Below are positions 49,424-63,019 of a DNA stretch of 64,000 nt, in pieces. The position numbers and the translations under genes are program-made. Source of the stretch: Basidiobolus meristosporus CBS 931.73 (taxonomy: Eukaryota > Fungi > Basidiobolomycota); the NCBI GenBank assembly GCA_002104905.1, contig MCFE01000092.1:62001-126000 (forward strand), in the 5' to 3' direction. The notes beneath the pieces were generated by a model, which saw nothing but the letters and a program-made list of their open reading frames with translations, did no database searches and was not told the origin of the DNA. Position 1 is the first letter of the stretch; each line of letters opens with the position of its first letter.

Positions 49424-50146
49424 GAATAAAGGAAGGAACTTGAGAACACTAGTTGGTCAACAACGCCAGCAGGGAATCTAAGGGAGAGGGAAGTGCTGTG
49501 GAGGTACGTTTGGCTGTTGTGAGTATAAATAGTACCGAGTCAATGCTGTCAAACAGTCCACATCCCAATGATCGCACCAGGCAGTGTACGTCCTGGAGCA
49601 GAATGAGGGTGTTGTCGAGCTGTGATTGGGTTGAACAGTGACAACGGATTTTGGAATTAAGCATCAATCTACTCATGTGAACATATCGAGCATTCGTAAT
49701 CTACAGCCTACGACCATTATGTCCATCTCAGGGGAAGCGGTCATAATGCCGAGTTGATTATACACCAATCCGAACCACCCAGCATTCTTAGGAGTCACAC
49801 TGGCCTTAATGCTGAGCGATTGGCTCCATCCTTTGGAACACGCTTTGCCTAAACATGAATGATTAACATGTGATTAAACTAACCAAGAGTCGTGGTTTGG
49901 TTAGGTTGGATCAGCAAAATGATCAGCATTTGTCAGCCACTGCGTACAGCAGCTTCGGCCGTTCCGCAATCCCTTCTTTTTTTTTCTTTTGACGAGCTGA
50001 CAAATCTTTTTTTCTTAAGTTCTTGATTAGTAGTCGAAGAAAAGGCCAGGGGAATCCGAATCATAGGGTAGTCGACGTTTCTTGCCTTCGCAAGAGTGGT
50101 TTCTATTTGTTTTTTTGTATACTTAGTCCTTGACCCCTAAGCTAGC

Positions 50147-51322
50147 ATGTCTGACAACCCCTCCGAAAACGCACAAACCCCTTTGTTCACCTGCCTCGCG
50201 TGCCATGTGGCCTTTCGTACACTTGAGCACCAACGCAACCATTATCGTACGGACTGGCATCGGTACAACCTGAAGAGAAAGGTGGCCGAGCTTCCACCAA
50301 TCACCGCCGAGGTTTTCGCTGAGAAGGTGTTGGCCCAGCAAGCGCAAACCGCACAGGAAGGGGCCGCTTTCAAGGGAGAATGTGTCGCTTGTAAAAAGAC
50401 CTTCGCTTCCGAAAACGCATACACCAATCACATCCAATCCAAGAAGCACAAGGAAACCGAGGCCAAGTTCGCCAAGAACCCAGCCAAGCCCAAGAAGGTC
50501 GATTCCGAGACCCCAGTCGAGAAGGAGCTCACCATCGAGCAACAATTGGACCGGGTCACCGACGAGACCGAGTTGCTTCAGCTCCTGGACAAAAAGAAGG
50601 AGCAGGCCGTTCGTCTTACTCCTGAGGACTGCCTCTTCTGCACTCAAAAGAGTCAGAGTTTCGAGGAGAACGTGGATCACATGACCAAGACTCACAGTTT
50701 CTTCATTCCTGATATTGAGTATCTTACCGATATCCAAGGCCTCTTCAAATACCTTGGGGAGAAGATTTCAGTAGCCAACATTTGCTTATACTGTAACGGA
50801 AAGGGCCGCACCTACCGTACTTTGGAGGCAGTTCGTGGGCATATGGTTGACAAGGGTCACTGTAAGGTTGCTTACGAGAAGGAAGAGGATATTTTAGAAA
50901 TCTCCGACTACTATGACTTCACTTCTAGTTATCCCGAGGAGATGCGGGTGGATGATGAGAACGAAGAGTTGGCGGACGATGACATGGTTAACCCAATTGC
51001 TTATGGTGAAGAGGAGACCGAATTGGTCTTGCCCTCTGGTGCTAGGGTGGGTCATCGTTCCCTTAAGAGATATTACCAACAAAACATCCGACCAGAGGAG
51101 GAAAGAGACTCTGTTATTATCAACCGTCTCCTCACTCACTACCAGAGCAATATGGGATATCGTGGCTCTCAAAGCCAGGCACTCATGCTTGCCACCAACA
51201 AGCAGCGTGTTGCTCGTGATATGAACACATACCAAGACCAGCGTAGAAGACATGAATTCAAGTCTGAGATCGGTGTGAAGGCCAACGGGTTACAAAAGCA
51301 CTTCCGTGCCCAAATCTTGTAA
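50147..51322 (+). CDS. REI1: Cytoplasmic pre-60S maturation factor Rei1/ZNF622 (391 aa, intronless)
   Basis: FTCLAC..F....QRNHYRTDWHRYNLKRKVAELPP; further C2H2 fingers CVACKKTF..H...KKH, CLFC..HM...HSFFIPD, CLYC..HM.DKGHCK; LVLPSGARVGHRSL.RYY.Q. Confidence 0.93.
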   Translation: MSDNPSENAQTPLFTCLACHVAFRTLEHQRNHYRTDWHRYNLKRKVAELPPITAEVFAEKVLAQQAQTAQEGAAFKGECVACKKTFASENAYTNHIQSKKHKETEAKFAKNPAKPKKVDSETPVEKELTIEQQLDRVTDETELLQLLDKKKEQAVRLTPEDCLFCTQKSQSFEENVDHMTKTHSFFIPDIEYLTDIQGLFKYLGEKISVANICLYCNGKGRTYRTLEAVRGHMVDKGHCKVAYEKEEDILEISDYYDFTSSYPEEMRVDDENEELADDDMVNPIAYGEEETELVLPSGARVGHRSLKRYYQQNIRPEEERDSVIINRLLTHYQSNMGYRGSQSQALMLATNKQRVARDMNTYQDQRRRHEFKSEIGVKANGLQKHFRAQIL

Positions 51323-51765
51323 GTTAACCAGCATGTATTTGAACCTATCTTTCATACTCCTCCGTCGCATAGCCACTTTCCTGTGCCCTACTTTAGACTT
51401 AATTTCATGTAATCCCTTACATTGCCCCTCCCCTCAGTGAGTTGATTCGTCGTCGTTACTCACAATTGTCGATCACCTCTACATGAACTGGAAGAAATTT
51501 CTTGTAATTAAAGAACGTCGGATAACAACGCGCATGACGATCTGGGCCGATGTGATTGTAATCATGATTGCTGACATTTATTCGTATTGTAAATGGAAAC
51601 GGGTTGATGCTTTTGGTACAACATAAACATAAACGATGTGTGGGACGCTGAATTTGGGATATCACTGGTGCGGGATGCAGGCTTTCTGTGGACGACCCAA
51701 TGGGTGGGCCAGTGATGGTGAAGATCTCTAGGGAGTAGTGTGGGATAAAGGTGGGGTTGCTTCGA

Positions 51766-54700
51766 TTACCAGAAAGCGCACCAACCGATGTAGCATTGGC
51801 AAAGGTTTTCCAAGGAAGTCGCCTGCTGTATCAGCTTCTCCACCTGGGTTGACACATCCAGCGTTTGGTTGGGCTTGAAGTCTCGTCCGGTCAACTTGTT
51901 GGAGATTCTATTGACCACGTTCAGGGCCTTTTGATTCAAGACTTCGGGGTTATTGCTAGGCTCCTCTTCTTGTGCATACTCCGACTGGATCATTCTTCGG
52001 CTAGAAGGAACGGTTCGACTGAAGCCGTCCTCAACATTCTCACTGACTGAGCTGGCTGGTTGGCGAGGGTCCTGGTGAGGGCTGGGGGTTGTTAAGAGAC
52101 GCCAGTTGATCAACGGATCATACACGAAGGCCTCCAACACCGCCATCAAGCTCTCCTTGTTCTCGCGTAGAACGCGCATGACGTTCTCACAGGTGGTACG
52201 GAAGTTTCCTTCGATACCGCTGACCTCCATGGCGTTGGTCAGCATGCGGGTCAGACGGAACGGAATGCGCTCAGGGAATTTCTCTCGGTGCATGGCCACC
52301 TCGAAACAATCGCCGAAATCGATGTGGATCACCTTTCCGGAGAATCTGTCCAACATCAGGTTCGATGGATGTCTATCCCCGAGACCGAGAATGTAGCCAA
52401 CCATGGACATCACTGCCAATGATCGGGTGTAGTTGGTACGGCGATCCAACCATGCCTCAGAGTTTCGGCTCTTCAGCCATAGCACACGGTACAGGTCCTG
52501 ACCAGTGGTATGCTCTAAAGCATACTCAAACACCTCCACCTTTTGCATCAAAGTCAAATTGTCGTAGTCCGGAGCCATTTGCAGCATAATTCTATGCTCG
52601 ATGTTGAGCAGGATCTTTCTGCTCTCACGGTAATCGCGAATGAGGGCGTGGAACGTATCAGTGTTTGGTAACCAGCCGATCAGACCGGAGTTGGGGGAAA
52701 GTGGGGTGACCGAGTATCTTTGAATATTCAAGTGTCTCTTGAATGTCTCCGGGTCTGTGGCAAGTAGTGTGTTGACGAGACCAAATAGCTGCATCACACG
52801 CTCATCCTGTCGCAGATCTTCATGACCCTTGAGAAGGAACATGTAGTCGTTTCCATCACTGCCCTTGATGGTGAACTTGCGGGGGCGTTGCTTGGATGTG
52901 ATCACGTTGAAAGTGGGGACACACCGGGAAATCCTGATGATCTCTTCGCCACTCTTGTAGGTTCCAGGAACAGCAAGTTCCAAATCCTGGGCGGCCAGAA
53001 GCCTGGGTGAAACGTATTGCAGCTCAAGGGTTGTGAGTTGTGGTAGCTGCTTATTGATGCGTCGGAACACTTGGTAGTAAAGATCCCACGCTTGATGGAG
53101 ATTGTTTTCATCCAGTGTCTGCTTGTAGCGTTTGCACCATTCTTGGGCTTCTTGCAAGTCTCTTCCAAAGGCTTGGTTGAAGGATATTTCACGTAGGGTT
53201 TCGGGGCCTCGCTCGAGCATCTGATGCAGTGGCTCTAGAGTGGCGAACATCCCTTCAATACTACGGTCACCGAAGTACAGGCGGGATGCTTCTTCGAGAC
53301 CCTCATGCCACATCTCATGCCATAGAATAGCCACCCGAATGAGTTCTTGACTCACCAACAACGCCTGCTCTACTAGCATAGCACTGTGCGAGCGCATTTT
53401 GTCCATAATGGCCAAGGCAGCCCGTTTTCTCGAGGCATTGAGTGATTTCGAAGCAACAGTCAATGGATAGATCAACGCTTGGGGATGCTCCTTGCCAACG
53501 TCGGTGAGCAGGTGGTGAATCAATCGACGAACATTAGGGCTGGGGGCATGGATACGGGCGATCAGTTGAGGAATGACTTGAAGCCAAGTGTCAATGCTGA
53601 CTGTACTGAAGCCTTCGCTTATCGCCACACTGACTTCTTGTTGATAGCCAAATTTGAACCACAAGGTGAGCAATCTAAGAGTATCCTGCAAGCTGTTGCC
53701 ACTCGACAGAGCGATTGAACGGAAGAATCCCTGGACGGCAGGAACAATGTGGGCGGTCATGATCTCTGAGGGAACTGATTCGCCCAATCTTTCGTAGTAA
53801 GTGATGACTTCAAAGTTCGAAAGAGCCCAGGCATGCCAAGCCTTGTACCAGTCTTTGTCGAAATGGGTGGCAAGATAATAGGATCGAAGAATATCTGGGA
53901 TCGTTTCTTCACTCCAGTCATCTTGCAAGGCCATTTGCCATTCTCCTTGTTTCAGGTAGCAACGAGCAAGCAGACGAGTGTATTGTTCGTAGGCAGGGTC
54001 CCCGTGGACTAGTTCGGTGTTGACGTTGTGCTCATCGAAACCGAGCTCCTTGGATTTAGCCGCAGTGAACTCCCGGAGGAATGTAATGGTATCTTCCTTA
54101 TGGCCTGTGGCCCACTTGTGCTTTAGATATGCATACACGATTTGTGGGGGAGCACTCGAATCATGTAGTTGTTCAAAGGTTGGTTGCTCTATCTCCAACA
54201 GGCCAGTGAGGGTTTTTTCGGAGAGACCAAGGCGCCCGCTTTTACGGCAAAGGTTGGCGAACTTGATCCACATTTCCATATCCTCCTTGGGTGATATGAC
54301 AAGTGCCCGTATCTTCAGGATTCTCTGCCAGACGTCGACATTTCTTTGGCAGCCCTTCAGGCGCTTGACCCAGGTTTTGCGGATGATTGCCTGACGATCG
54401 GGCAGATCATAAGATTTTTTGTAGGTGATGATCTCTTCGAGCTCCGCAAGCATTTGCACTCTGACAATAACGCTGTATGCTCGACTATAACTTTCCCCAA
54501 CAAGAGCAGTCAGCTCGGTATCCAACAAATCTCTGGTTGTGTTGATGAATTGATCCGCTTGTTGGAATTGGTTTCTATGTAAAGCCAAAATGGCGCGGAA
54601 GAAAGCACGGTCGGGCGACTCCGATTTCATGACAGCGATGAAATCGTCCATGATTTCCCACTGACCAAGACCCCACGCCGCAGCGGCAGCCAGAGGGGCA

Positions 54701-57700
54701 ATGGCTCTGCGCATATCTTCTCCAGCATACGTCCATTTCTCCTGGGCAAGCTGAGAGAGTGCCTCCCATTCACCGAGAGCATGCAAGCATCTCATACGGC
54801 CCATGGTAATGTCGAATGAATTCGGGTCCTCCAGCTGCTTCTTTTCATAGGCTGCAAGAGCATCCTCCCATCTCTGGAGCTTCTCATACCAGGACTCCTT
54901 TAAGCCCAGGTCGTGATTCCGTTGGGCAAAGGTAAGAATACCCACGGCGGCATCAGGCTGCTGCAGCTGGTTGTTGATACTGATCAACGCCTCGGTTGTT
55001 TCCGTCGAAGGCTCGGAGATAAACTCTAGTTCTTTGTAATGCAGAGCTTTAGCATAGGCGTGGCACTTGGCAGCAAAGGCGCCCAGAGTACGGATATCGA
55101 TAGGAAGTGGCTTGTCATCGTGCTCCATAAATTCGGCCAGATTGAGCAGCATCTGAAGAATTTCTGGTGGTATGTTGGGGGACTTTAGGGCAAACTCAAG
55201 TGATCTAACAAGCTCATCCTGGAAGTTATCGTCCAGTTCAGACCAGCAAGACACAAAGCCTGCATTGAAAAGCTCACGAGCTAGAGGGTAGTACACGGGG
55301 GCTAGGTTTGTAGCGCAGGCCCTCAGGGCCGGGGAAGGGGACTCCTTCAATAGCTCAACACTTAGTCGTCGGATCCATTCATTCCAATCATCCTTTGTGG
55401 ATCGCTGGGTGGCTTCCCAGGCACGCTTGAGATGCTGCTGGTTGACGGGGAGCTTTTTCATTGCGCCAACATCCGCTGGTGATTCTTCCAGCTTCATTTC
55501 GTTCAAGCGCTCGTCTTGGATCTTCCCTAAATCGCGTGGCAAGGGCTCATTCCTCAATAGCTTGGAGATAAGCATCTCGTATTCAGGGTGCTGGATCCTG
55601 TGCTTGATTAAAAGCTTCTTGACTGTAGGGGCAAACACAGCATAGTCCGGCCCTAGTTGATATGCGAGAATACATAGAGTGTCCATCGTGGCTGTACGTA
55701 ACTCGTTCAGGTGAATGTTCAGCACTCTGGATAGAGGGTGTATCAACCTAGAGGCGAGATCACAGCAGTTCACATTCTTGCACAAGTGGCCGGTAGTCTG
55801 GATGGCGATTTTACGTATTCCCACGGGAGTGTCGTTACGTTCAAAAAGCTTCACAATGACCGGAATGATCAGATGCATGTATTCTTCGATGCTGGACCCG
55901 AACTTAATCAAGGCATGTAGCACTTTTAGTGTAGGTTGCCGCTTGTCAGACATATCACTATCGATGATCTGAAGCATATGGGGGAGAAAAGCCGGCAAAT
56001 GCACTTTGAATTCGCCCTCCAAGGCAACAGAGATGGCCTCGACCAGAGAGATGATACATATCTGGAGGTTCGAGGTGTTGTCCCAGAATTCCTGAATCAA
56101 GGAGAAAATGTCCTGAAGGTAATTTCTGATGTGCTGCTTCACAATGGATACCAAGATACCAAGCTGCTGGAAGTGGAACTCCAAGATACGAGGCGGTGAG
56201 GTTCTCATGACACTGAGAAATGTTGGAAGGATTTGGGGCAGGAAGGAGACGCACTTGAGGCCAAGGGTTTTAAAGATGTACATAATGGCTTGTACAACCT
56301 CGGTGTGGTAAGCACTAAGTGAAGGATCGCGCAGAATCTTGAGCAAGCATTGAAAACCACGGTTGGGAAATAATCCTCGGAAGACGGACCCATTCCCATC
56401 ATCAGCAGAGACACATCTGTGTTTGCTGATCTGCTGTCCGCCTGAGTGTCGTTTGGTCCACCAACCGCCATCTTGTGTTTGTAAGGATCCAAGGCACCCA
56501 AAATACCCAGGAGCTTTACTGTTTCACGACGCAAGGATAGTGACTGCTCCGTTTTCAACATATCGATCAGAATATCGAGGAGATTTGGATAGTTGAGATA
56601 GGGGTCAATAACGAATCCAGTGTTGCTGGCTATCTGTCCAAGAGCCCTAAGTGCAGCATCACGTTTCGTGGACGAGCTTTGATCTTGGAGAGTCTCCATG
56701 ATTAGAGGCAAGAGGTCATCCAAGTAGTCCAGCATGTCTTCGCCCCCAACCAAAGCAAGCTCTCCAATAGCATTCAGTACGCTAGAAGCAACACCCGGAC
56801 TACGGTCTCTAGATTTAGAAAGCAACACCTTCAAAATCGGCTCTACATAGGGTTTGATCAGCCTTTGAGCGGCGGCGATTAGATGGCTCAGCAGATGAGC
56901 ACTCTCTTCCTTGTTACGACTAGCAAAGAAGTATTGTGAGATGCTGGCTGGCACAAGAGGATAGACTTCCAGAAACATACCTCACACTGGAATACTCGAG
57001 CTCTGTCAACAACTGGATAAGGCTTTTTCTCAGCGATGGCATGACGTAGGCTGGGTTATGATTTGCAAGGCGTCCGATGATAGTAATGGCCACCTCACGA
57101 ATAGCAAACACTTCATCATTAAGCGCAATAAAGAGCGAACGTACATTGTCCGCTTGTGCTAGGTGACGATCAAACCGTTCATCAAGCGAAGAGAGCACAG
57201 TAAGGCGAATGCTCGGATCTAAAGGCAAAAATCCATCAATAAGAACCGAGCACACATCATACATCACATCGACACATACCTGGGTCAGCAATTCCAGATG
57301 TGAGAAGCTTCTCAAGCACCTCGCTAACCACTTCAATGGCATGGTTGCTGGCCTGGAAACAGATCGGATCACGGACGAATAGTTGGCAGCAGGTCAAGGC
57401 TGCAGCCTTCCTGACCTCTACCGAGTCATCTTCCAAGTAGGATATAATGTGATCACGAACAAACTCGCTGAGCATATGCCCGTTGAAGTCGAAGCTCCCT
57501 AGAGTGTTGAGAGCTAGAGTTACGGTTTCTGGGTCGCGATTCTCGATCAACTGGACGTCACGCGGGGTGGGTACACTAGCGGCGATTAAACGAGCGGGTG
57601 CGCCAGGCTGTCGGTAAGGCTGTCCAGTCAAGATGATCGCAAGCATATTTAGGAGGCGGTCCTGGATGGTCGGTAGCAGGGGAGGGATGTTTTTCGAGAG

Positions 57701-59382
57701 ATCGATCAAAGCTTGCTGCAATGGCTCACTCAACCCAAGCGAAAATATCAAATCCAGGATGTCGTGCATGTACTTGGTAAGCGCCTGCCCAACTGCAGTC
57801 GCTAGCATACTGATGCACTGGAACATGGGCGCCTCATTGGCCGTCTTGCTCTTGCCTCTAGATGCCATCAGCCCATCCTTGATGGCCTGGATGGTAGCAT
57901 CCAGGTATGGACTCATGTTGCTTCCAACAGCCATGGCTATCTCTCCGATGGCTGTGAAGGCGATAGAGCCGTCTTTGTCTTTCCTTAGCTGGCCCAACAG
58001 ATGGTTCATCGATTTGTGAAGATAAGAGTCCGAGAACTCCACCGGATTGTATTTGGCTAGCGCAGGAATTAGCGATAACACAGTCTTCCTAATGAGAATA
58101 TCTCGATGGTCTTTGAATCGAAGAACGTTATCGCCAACTTCGTTGTAGCGCTCGTGCATAAACATCCCGGTATGCTGTAACAACTCGAGGAATGCAAGTA
58201 AAGATCCATGAATACACTCCGCTGTCCCCAGTTTGAATCCGCGTTGGCATTCGTCGTAGAGCCTGCAGTACCACTGAACACGTATTTGGCTTTCACGATA
58301 ATAAACGATTTTGAGGCAAGCTCCCAGGCAATTTGCACCGCTTTCTCTGATGATAGCCTAAATCCAAGCATTCGATATGAGAACACTGGCTGGGGTGTGG
58401 TTGACATCGCTTGGTTACCTTGCTATCTCTCAATGCAACCCACAGGTTTTCTAAGATTTGGTTGACGTGGAAATAAATAAGAGTCGGGGCTGATTGGGCC
58501 AATTCCTTCAATATCAATACAGCTGCGTGTCTTCTGAACTCGTTTCGATCCCCTTCAAGATAGCCCAATATTCAGTAACCGAAGAATGTTGCGCGACAGT
58601 GAAATTCAGACTGACCTTGAAGCCACTCAAGAGCACTCTTGACCTCAAATTCGACAAAATCGGCTTTTAAAGTGCCACCTAGTGAGGCAAGTCGCCCTGT
58701 ACAATATTCCCAGTAAATCGTAAGCCCAAACATGAATCTTTTGGGAAGCTGAACCCCTCCTACCTATCGATTTAGTGGCTAGTATCATGGCCTGTGGGTT
58801 ATTGCCAGAAATAATTTTTCTAAGGAAGTTAGCGGAACGCGTGATCTTTGTAGTGCTTTCCTCTCCGTCATAGTCGATCAGCTTGTCTGCAAGAATACAT
58901 CATTAATATGAGCTGTCGTGTACTTTGTGCGGACACCAACACAGTGTGCACAAAATGGTTTTCGAAATCAAGGTGTTTACCGATGGCTAATACGGCTCCG
59001 ATCTTGTCGTTGTTATCACTCCCCTGAATCATTTCCAAAATTCTTTTGCCGAGGTCTTGGTTGAACTTTACCAAGGCATCGCCCGACAATTCACGGGCCA
59101 CGGCATCGACCTACATGGCATCAAAGGTTCATTGTTAGTACACGCATAGTATGCGTAGCCAGTAATGTATAGAAGATGTTGATCTATTACGTGATCTTTC
59201 AAATCATTGGCAGCTTTCAGTCGAGTTTCTTCATTTCTAAAGTACAGAGAAGACAATAGGTAAGTCTGGGACGCAATACTCATCGGCCAGAAAGCCAGAC
59301 GGGATGGGAGGCAAAGTTACCTGCTTTTAATCTCAGCAAGAATTCGCCCAAGAACATCTTGACCCTGCGCTAACGCTGTCAT
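51766..59382 (-). CDS. TOR: TOR serine/threonine kinase (HEAT-FAT-FRB-PIKK-FATC), 9 exons, ~2348 aa if a 1-nt deletion near 56347 is corrected
   Basis: Exons 59382-59321, 59236-59191, 59110-58981, 58886-58764, 58696-58616, 58552-58419, 58357-57280, 57218-56981, 56919-51766 with GT-AG introns; [23 protein letters not shown], kinase GLGDRHPSN and [21 protein letters not shown]. Confidence 0.96.
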
Positions 59383-59680
59383 CGTTTGCTAACAGGCCAG
59401 GAAATAATATGAACTTCAACTGAACGAAGGCTAGAATTCGAGGAGAATATTAGGCATCTCTTGCCATATGCTGGATCACCTACGAGGATCATCCTGCTAA
59501 ACCATTGGATTAGGGCTTACACAAATTATTATGTAAAATACTTCCAATTTCCTAGTCACATATCAAATCCACCAAATCAACCAATACATTAATATCTTGA
59601 AATTGGGATCATGACTATGTCATCAGTATTTTCCAGCATTTGGATTGAAGCGTAGTGTAGCGGCACTTGGAACGTTAATC

Positions 59681-62600
59681 ATGGCCACCCTGACCGAGGC
59701 AGAGGAGCCTAAAACTCGTTTGTTTCTCGAGGAAAGTAAGTGACCCTCCAAATACTCCCTACCTGCTTACGCCTCAACCATGCTAAATGTTCTATGAAGA
59801 CTATGCTGAATACCTTACGAAAGAATTCGACCCAAACGATCATGCCCAAGCAAGCGTTCGAAGCGATGATGGAGACTTGTCAAATTCTCTACAGAGACTG
59901 TCGGCCAATATAGATGGTCTGAAAGCTTATTTGGATAAACATGTATGTACAAGCAGGCGTTTGAAGGACGAATCCATGTACTCACCTTGCATACCACCAG
60001 GTTGCTGAAAACACTGAGGAGCTCCTTGAACGTGTCTATGGGATCACTCACCTGGAAAAAGATTTGGAAGGGGTCAAGCTGAATGTCTCGTCCATGTCCG
60101 AGTCGCTAGTTAGGTATATGCTAGCAATGCGGCGTGGAATTTTCATTTCCTAACCTAATGGTACTACAAACGACAGACTCCGTAACAAAGTAAAAGTTCC
60201 GTATGAGCAGATATTGGGATATACGACGCAACTGGAACGGCTGCAAAATGCTTCGGATGTGTTACGGCGGGTAATGCGATTTCTTCAGCTTGCACAGCGG
60301 TTGGAAACCCAGGTTCAGGGCGGAGACCGCGAATTCACTCAAACAGCTTTGTCACTACGCGAACTTGGTAGACGTTTCTCACACCTCGACGACTTTCACT
60401 CTTTTGACTGACTTGGAATATAAGACAAATTCCTTAGTGACCCAGACCTCGAAGGGATTGATGTGATAGATGCTGAAAAAGCGGATATTAGCCGCTATCG
60501 GACCCAGGTAGTCGAGGCCGCGGATAGACTACTACTTGATGGTCTTCAAACTCAAGTAAGGCTCATGCTCATACTCGTTCCCCTTGTGACCGCTTGTTTG
60601 TTGACACAAATCATACCAGAACCAAGCAGACATCGCATCGGGTCTTCAGATATTCTATAATCTCAATGAGATGGAGGAGCGCGTATGTGAGATCTTAAAT
60701 GATATCAACGACAGCGTACTGGCCGAGATCCAGGTTGCATTCGATATGAATTCACTGCAAAAAGAACTTCGAGGTAATCTGGTACGCCGATCTTTGGTAT
60801 TGCTACTGGTGTAACACGTACATTAGATGCTGGTATAGAATATCCCAATGCAGCACGAAGGATAAAAGATTTATCCAACCCAGGGACTGCAGCATGGAGT
60901 ATGGCGCTTTGGTCCAAGCTTGAAACACTCATGGATAGAATGGGTGAAGCCTGTAACAAGGTAAGCGATCACTAGCCCTTCGTTATCGGTAGCATTGCTC
61001 TAAGCTTTTTGCGGCAGGTGTATCTTCTAGACCGTGTATTATCGCTGAAAAGAGACCCAACTACTCATGTCAGCTTCCAGGAAGGGTTACTACAGGTTCT
61101 CATAGCAGTTGTTTATGATAGGCATGGTCTCATTCTAACGGATGTAATAGTCACTAGAAGGAAGCGTTGTAAATTTCTTTTGGCGAAACCTAGCGGCAAA
61201 CTTTGAGGCTGAGCTAAATGACGCTGGAAACCGTAGTTTGCCTTTCTCGACCATTTCGCCTTTTCTGTGTTAACCAACTCCCCCCCCCCCTAGGGTCAAC
61301 TATTCTGCAGCAAACTCTTCAGATTGGATACCCGAAGCTGCTGAGTTTGTTTCATCAATTTTTTTCTCGCATTGCTGTGTACACCGGATATACTCTTGGG
61401 TATAATTCCCAAAGGTTGACCTGCTACGTATTGTGCTGGCAAAGGCTCTTGCTAACTCTTTCTATAGTCCCGAAGCCATTCTTATGCTCAACACCATCTC
61501 GGCTTACGAATCTTCCTACCTTGCCAAATCCTCATCGCGCCTATTGGAAATGGTCAACTCAACATTCCCAACCTCTGGCTTCCGTATGATGCCGCGGCGA
61601 GAGGAGTTCACTCAAGCCATGAAGATCATAGCTGGGTAAATGAACTGAGATGACTCTAACTCACCATGCACCCCACTAATCAGTCAGACCCTCTTAGTGA
61701 GCTTGATCTTGTGAAATTTGATCGTCAGCTGCTTGCCGCCGTTAGCAAGAATATCGTTAAATGTCTAACCTCCATCAAGACAAAACTGGAAACCTGGGTA
61801 GCGCTGGTATACTTGCCTCCCTGTCTTACTTCCGTGCTTAACCCTCGCTTCTAGATATCAAGGGATAATAGCGCATATGTGATCATCTTTTCCGGGGGCC
61901 TTACCGCGTCGCAGAACAACAATATCGAGATAGTTAACAACATGTATTACTTCCGTCAAGCCTTCATCAAATTTGTCGAGGATTTGCCCCATGATATGCA
62001 CAGCACTTTCGATAATTCTCTAGATGTAAGCCCTGGATTGACCTTCATCGAGGCAGTGTTTCTGACTTTAGCTTTATAGATTATCCAGAAACTCTACCAA
62101 GGGGTTATACAAGGCCTCTTGCGCCAGTTCTTGAAAGAATTGGAGCTGGTCATATTGAAAGTACACCGAGAAGACTTTGGAAGGTAGTATACTATTGCTC
62201 CACATATCCTTGTGAGCGCCTCCTAATTGATTGCTTAGCTCCAATGCCGGCGATCATATGTCATCGAATGCAAGCCAGTATATTGGCGAGTTAGCTGGGA
62301 AGCTCAGACACATTCAGCGCGAATACCTCTCAAAGTTTTCGTGTGGTGACGAAGGCAAAGAATGGTAATTCATCTATTAATGGTTCAATCACATAGTTTT
62401 CTAACCGCTTCGCCCCAGGGTAATCGACTTGACACGGCGCGTGGTTATTTATTTCCTAAGACATGCCTCCATGGCACACCCGTTGAGTGAAATGGGAAAA
62501 TTGAAGTTGACTGGAGACATGACCCAGTTGGAATTCGTGATAAACCAAATTCTTGCCATTCAGGGCTTGGGCCTATCTTCGCTTGGCGAAGCGTATCGAG

Positions 62601-63019
62601 CCCTTCGAGCATTCAGGTTAGCAACCCAGCACTACCCTCGATGTCTTTTGCCACCACCTGTGCCACAGAGCAACAAGATGTACTAACAAGTGGTTGCATT
62701 TGCCAGGTTCCTTATGTTCCTCGATTTAGAAGAAATTCCCACCTCGTCGCAAACCGAATCACTTCCGTATATCTACCAACTCCATCATTTGTTCGTGCGC
62801 AGTGATCCGAATATACCCATGCCTCATGTGTACCAGGGCCAAACTGAACTGCAATACTCAGACTGGCTAGACGCGCATTCTGATCTTGAAGCCTACCAGC
62901 TAGTATCTCAATGCTTGGACAATTATTCCAAGAATGTCCAGCAGCAGAACAAGCCAGTAGCCGATACCTATCCAATTTTGAGACAAGTCCTTGAGAAAGC
63001 GATCAGCCATACACAATAA
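59681..63019 (+). CDS. COG5: Conserved oligomeric Golgi complex subunit 5 (17 exons by my reading)
   Basis: Spliced frame is continuous through GT-AG introns; RLRNKVKVPYEQI...QLERLQNASDVLRRVMRFLQL, NQADIASGLQIFYNL, LQIGYPKLL, GKLKLTGDMTQLEF, AYRALRAFR. Confidence 0.88.

Noticed and set aside
49424-50146. Possible UPRE/ERSE/heat-shock elements in the BiP promoter
   Set aside because: Several CCAAT/ATTGG boxes are present, but none has the CCAAT-N9-CCACG spacing and I found no convincing UPRE or HSE.
51865-58465. Many 60-130 aa plus-strand ORFs inside TOR
   Set aside because: Shadow ORFs of a codon-biased gene; no domains.
61279-61290. Poly-C run in COG5
   Set aside because: It lies in the pyrimidine tract of an intron just before the AG acceptor; no coding effect.
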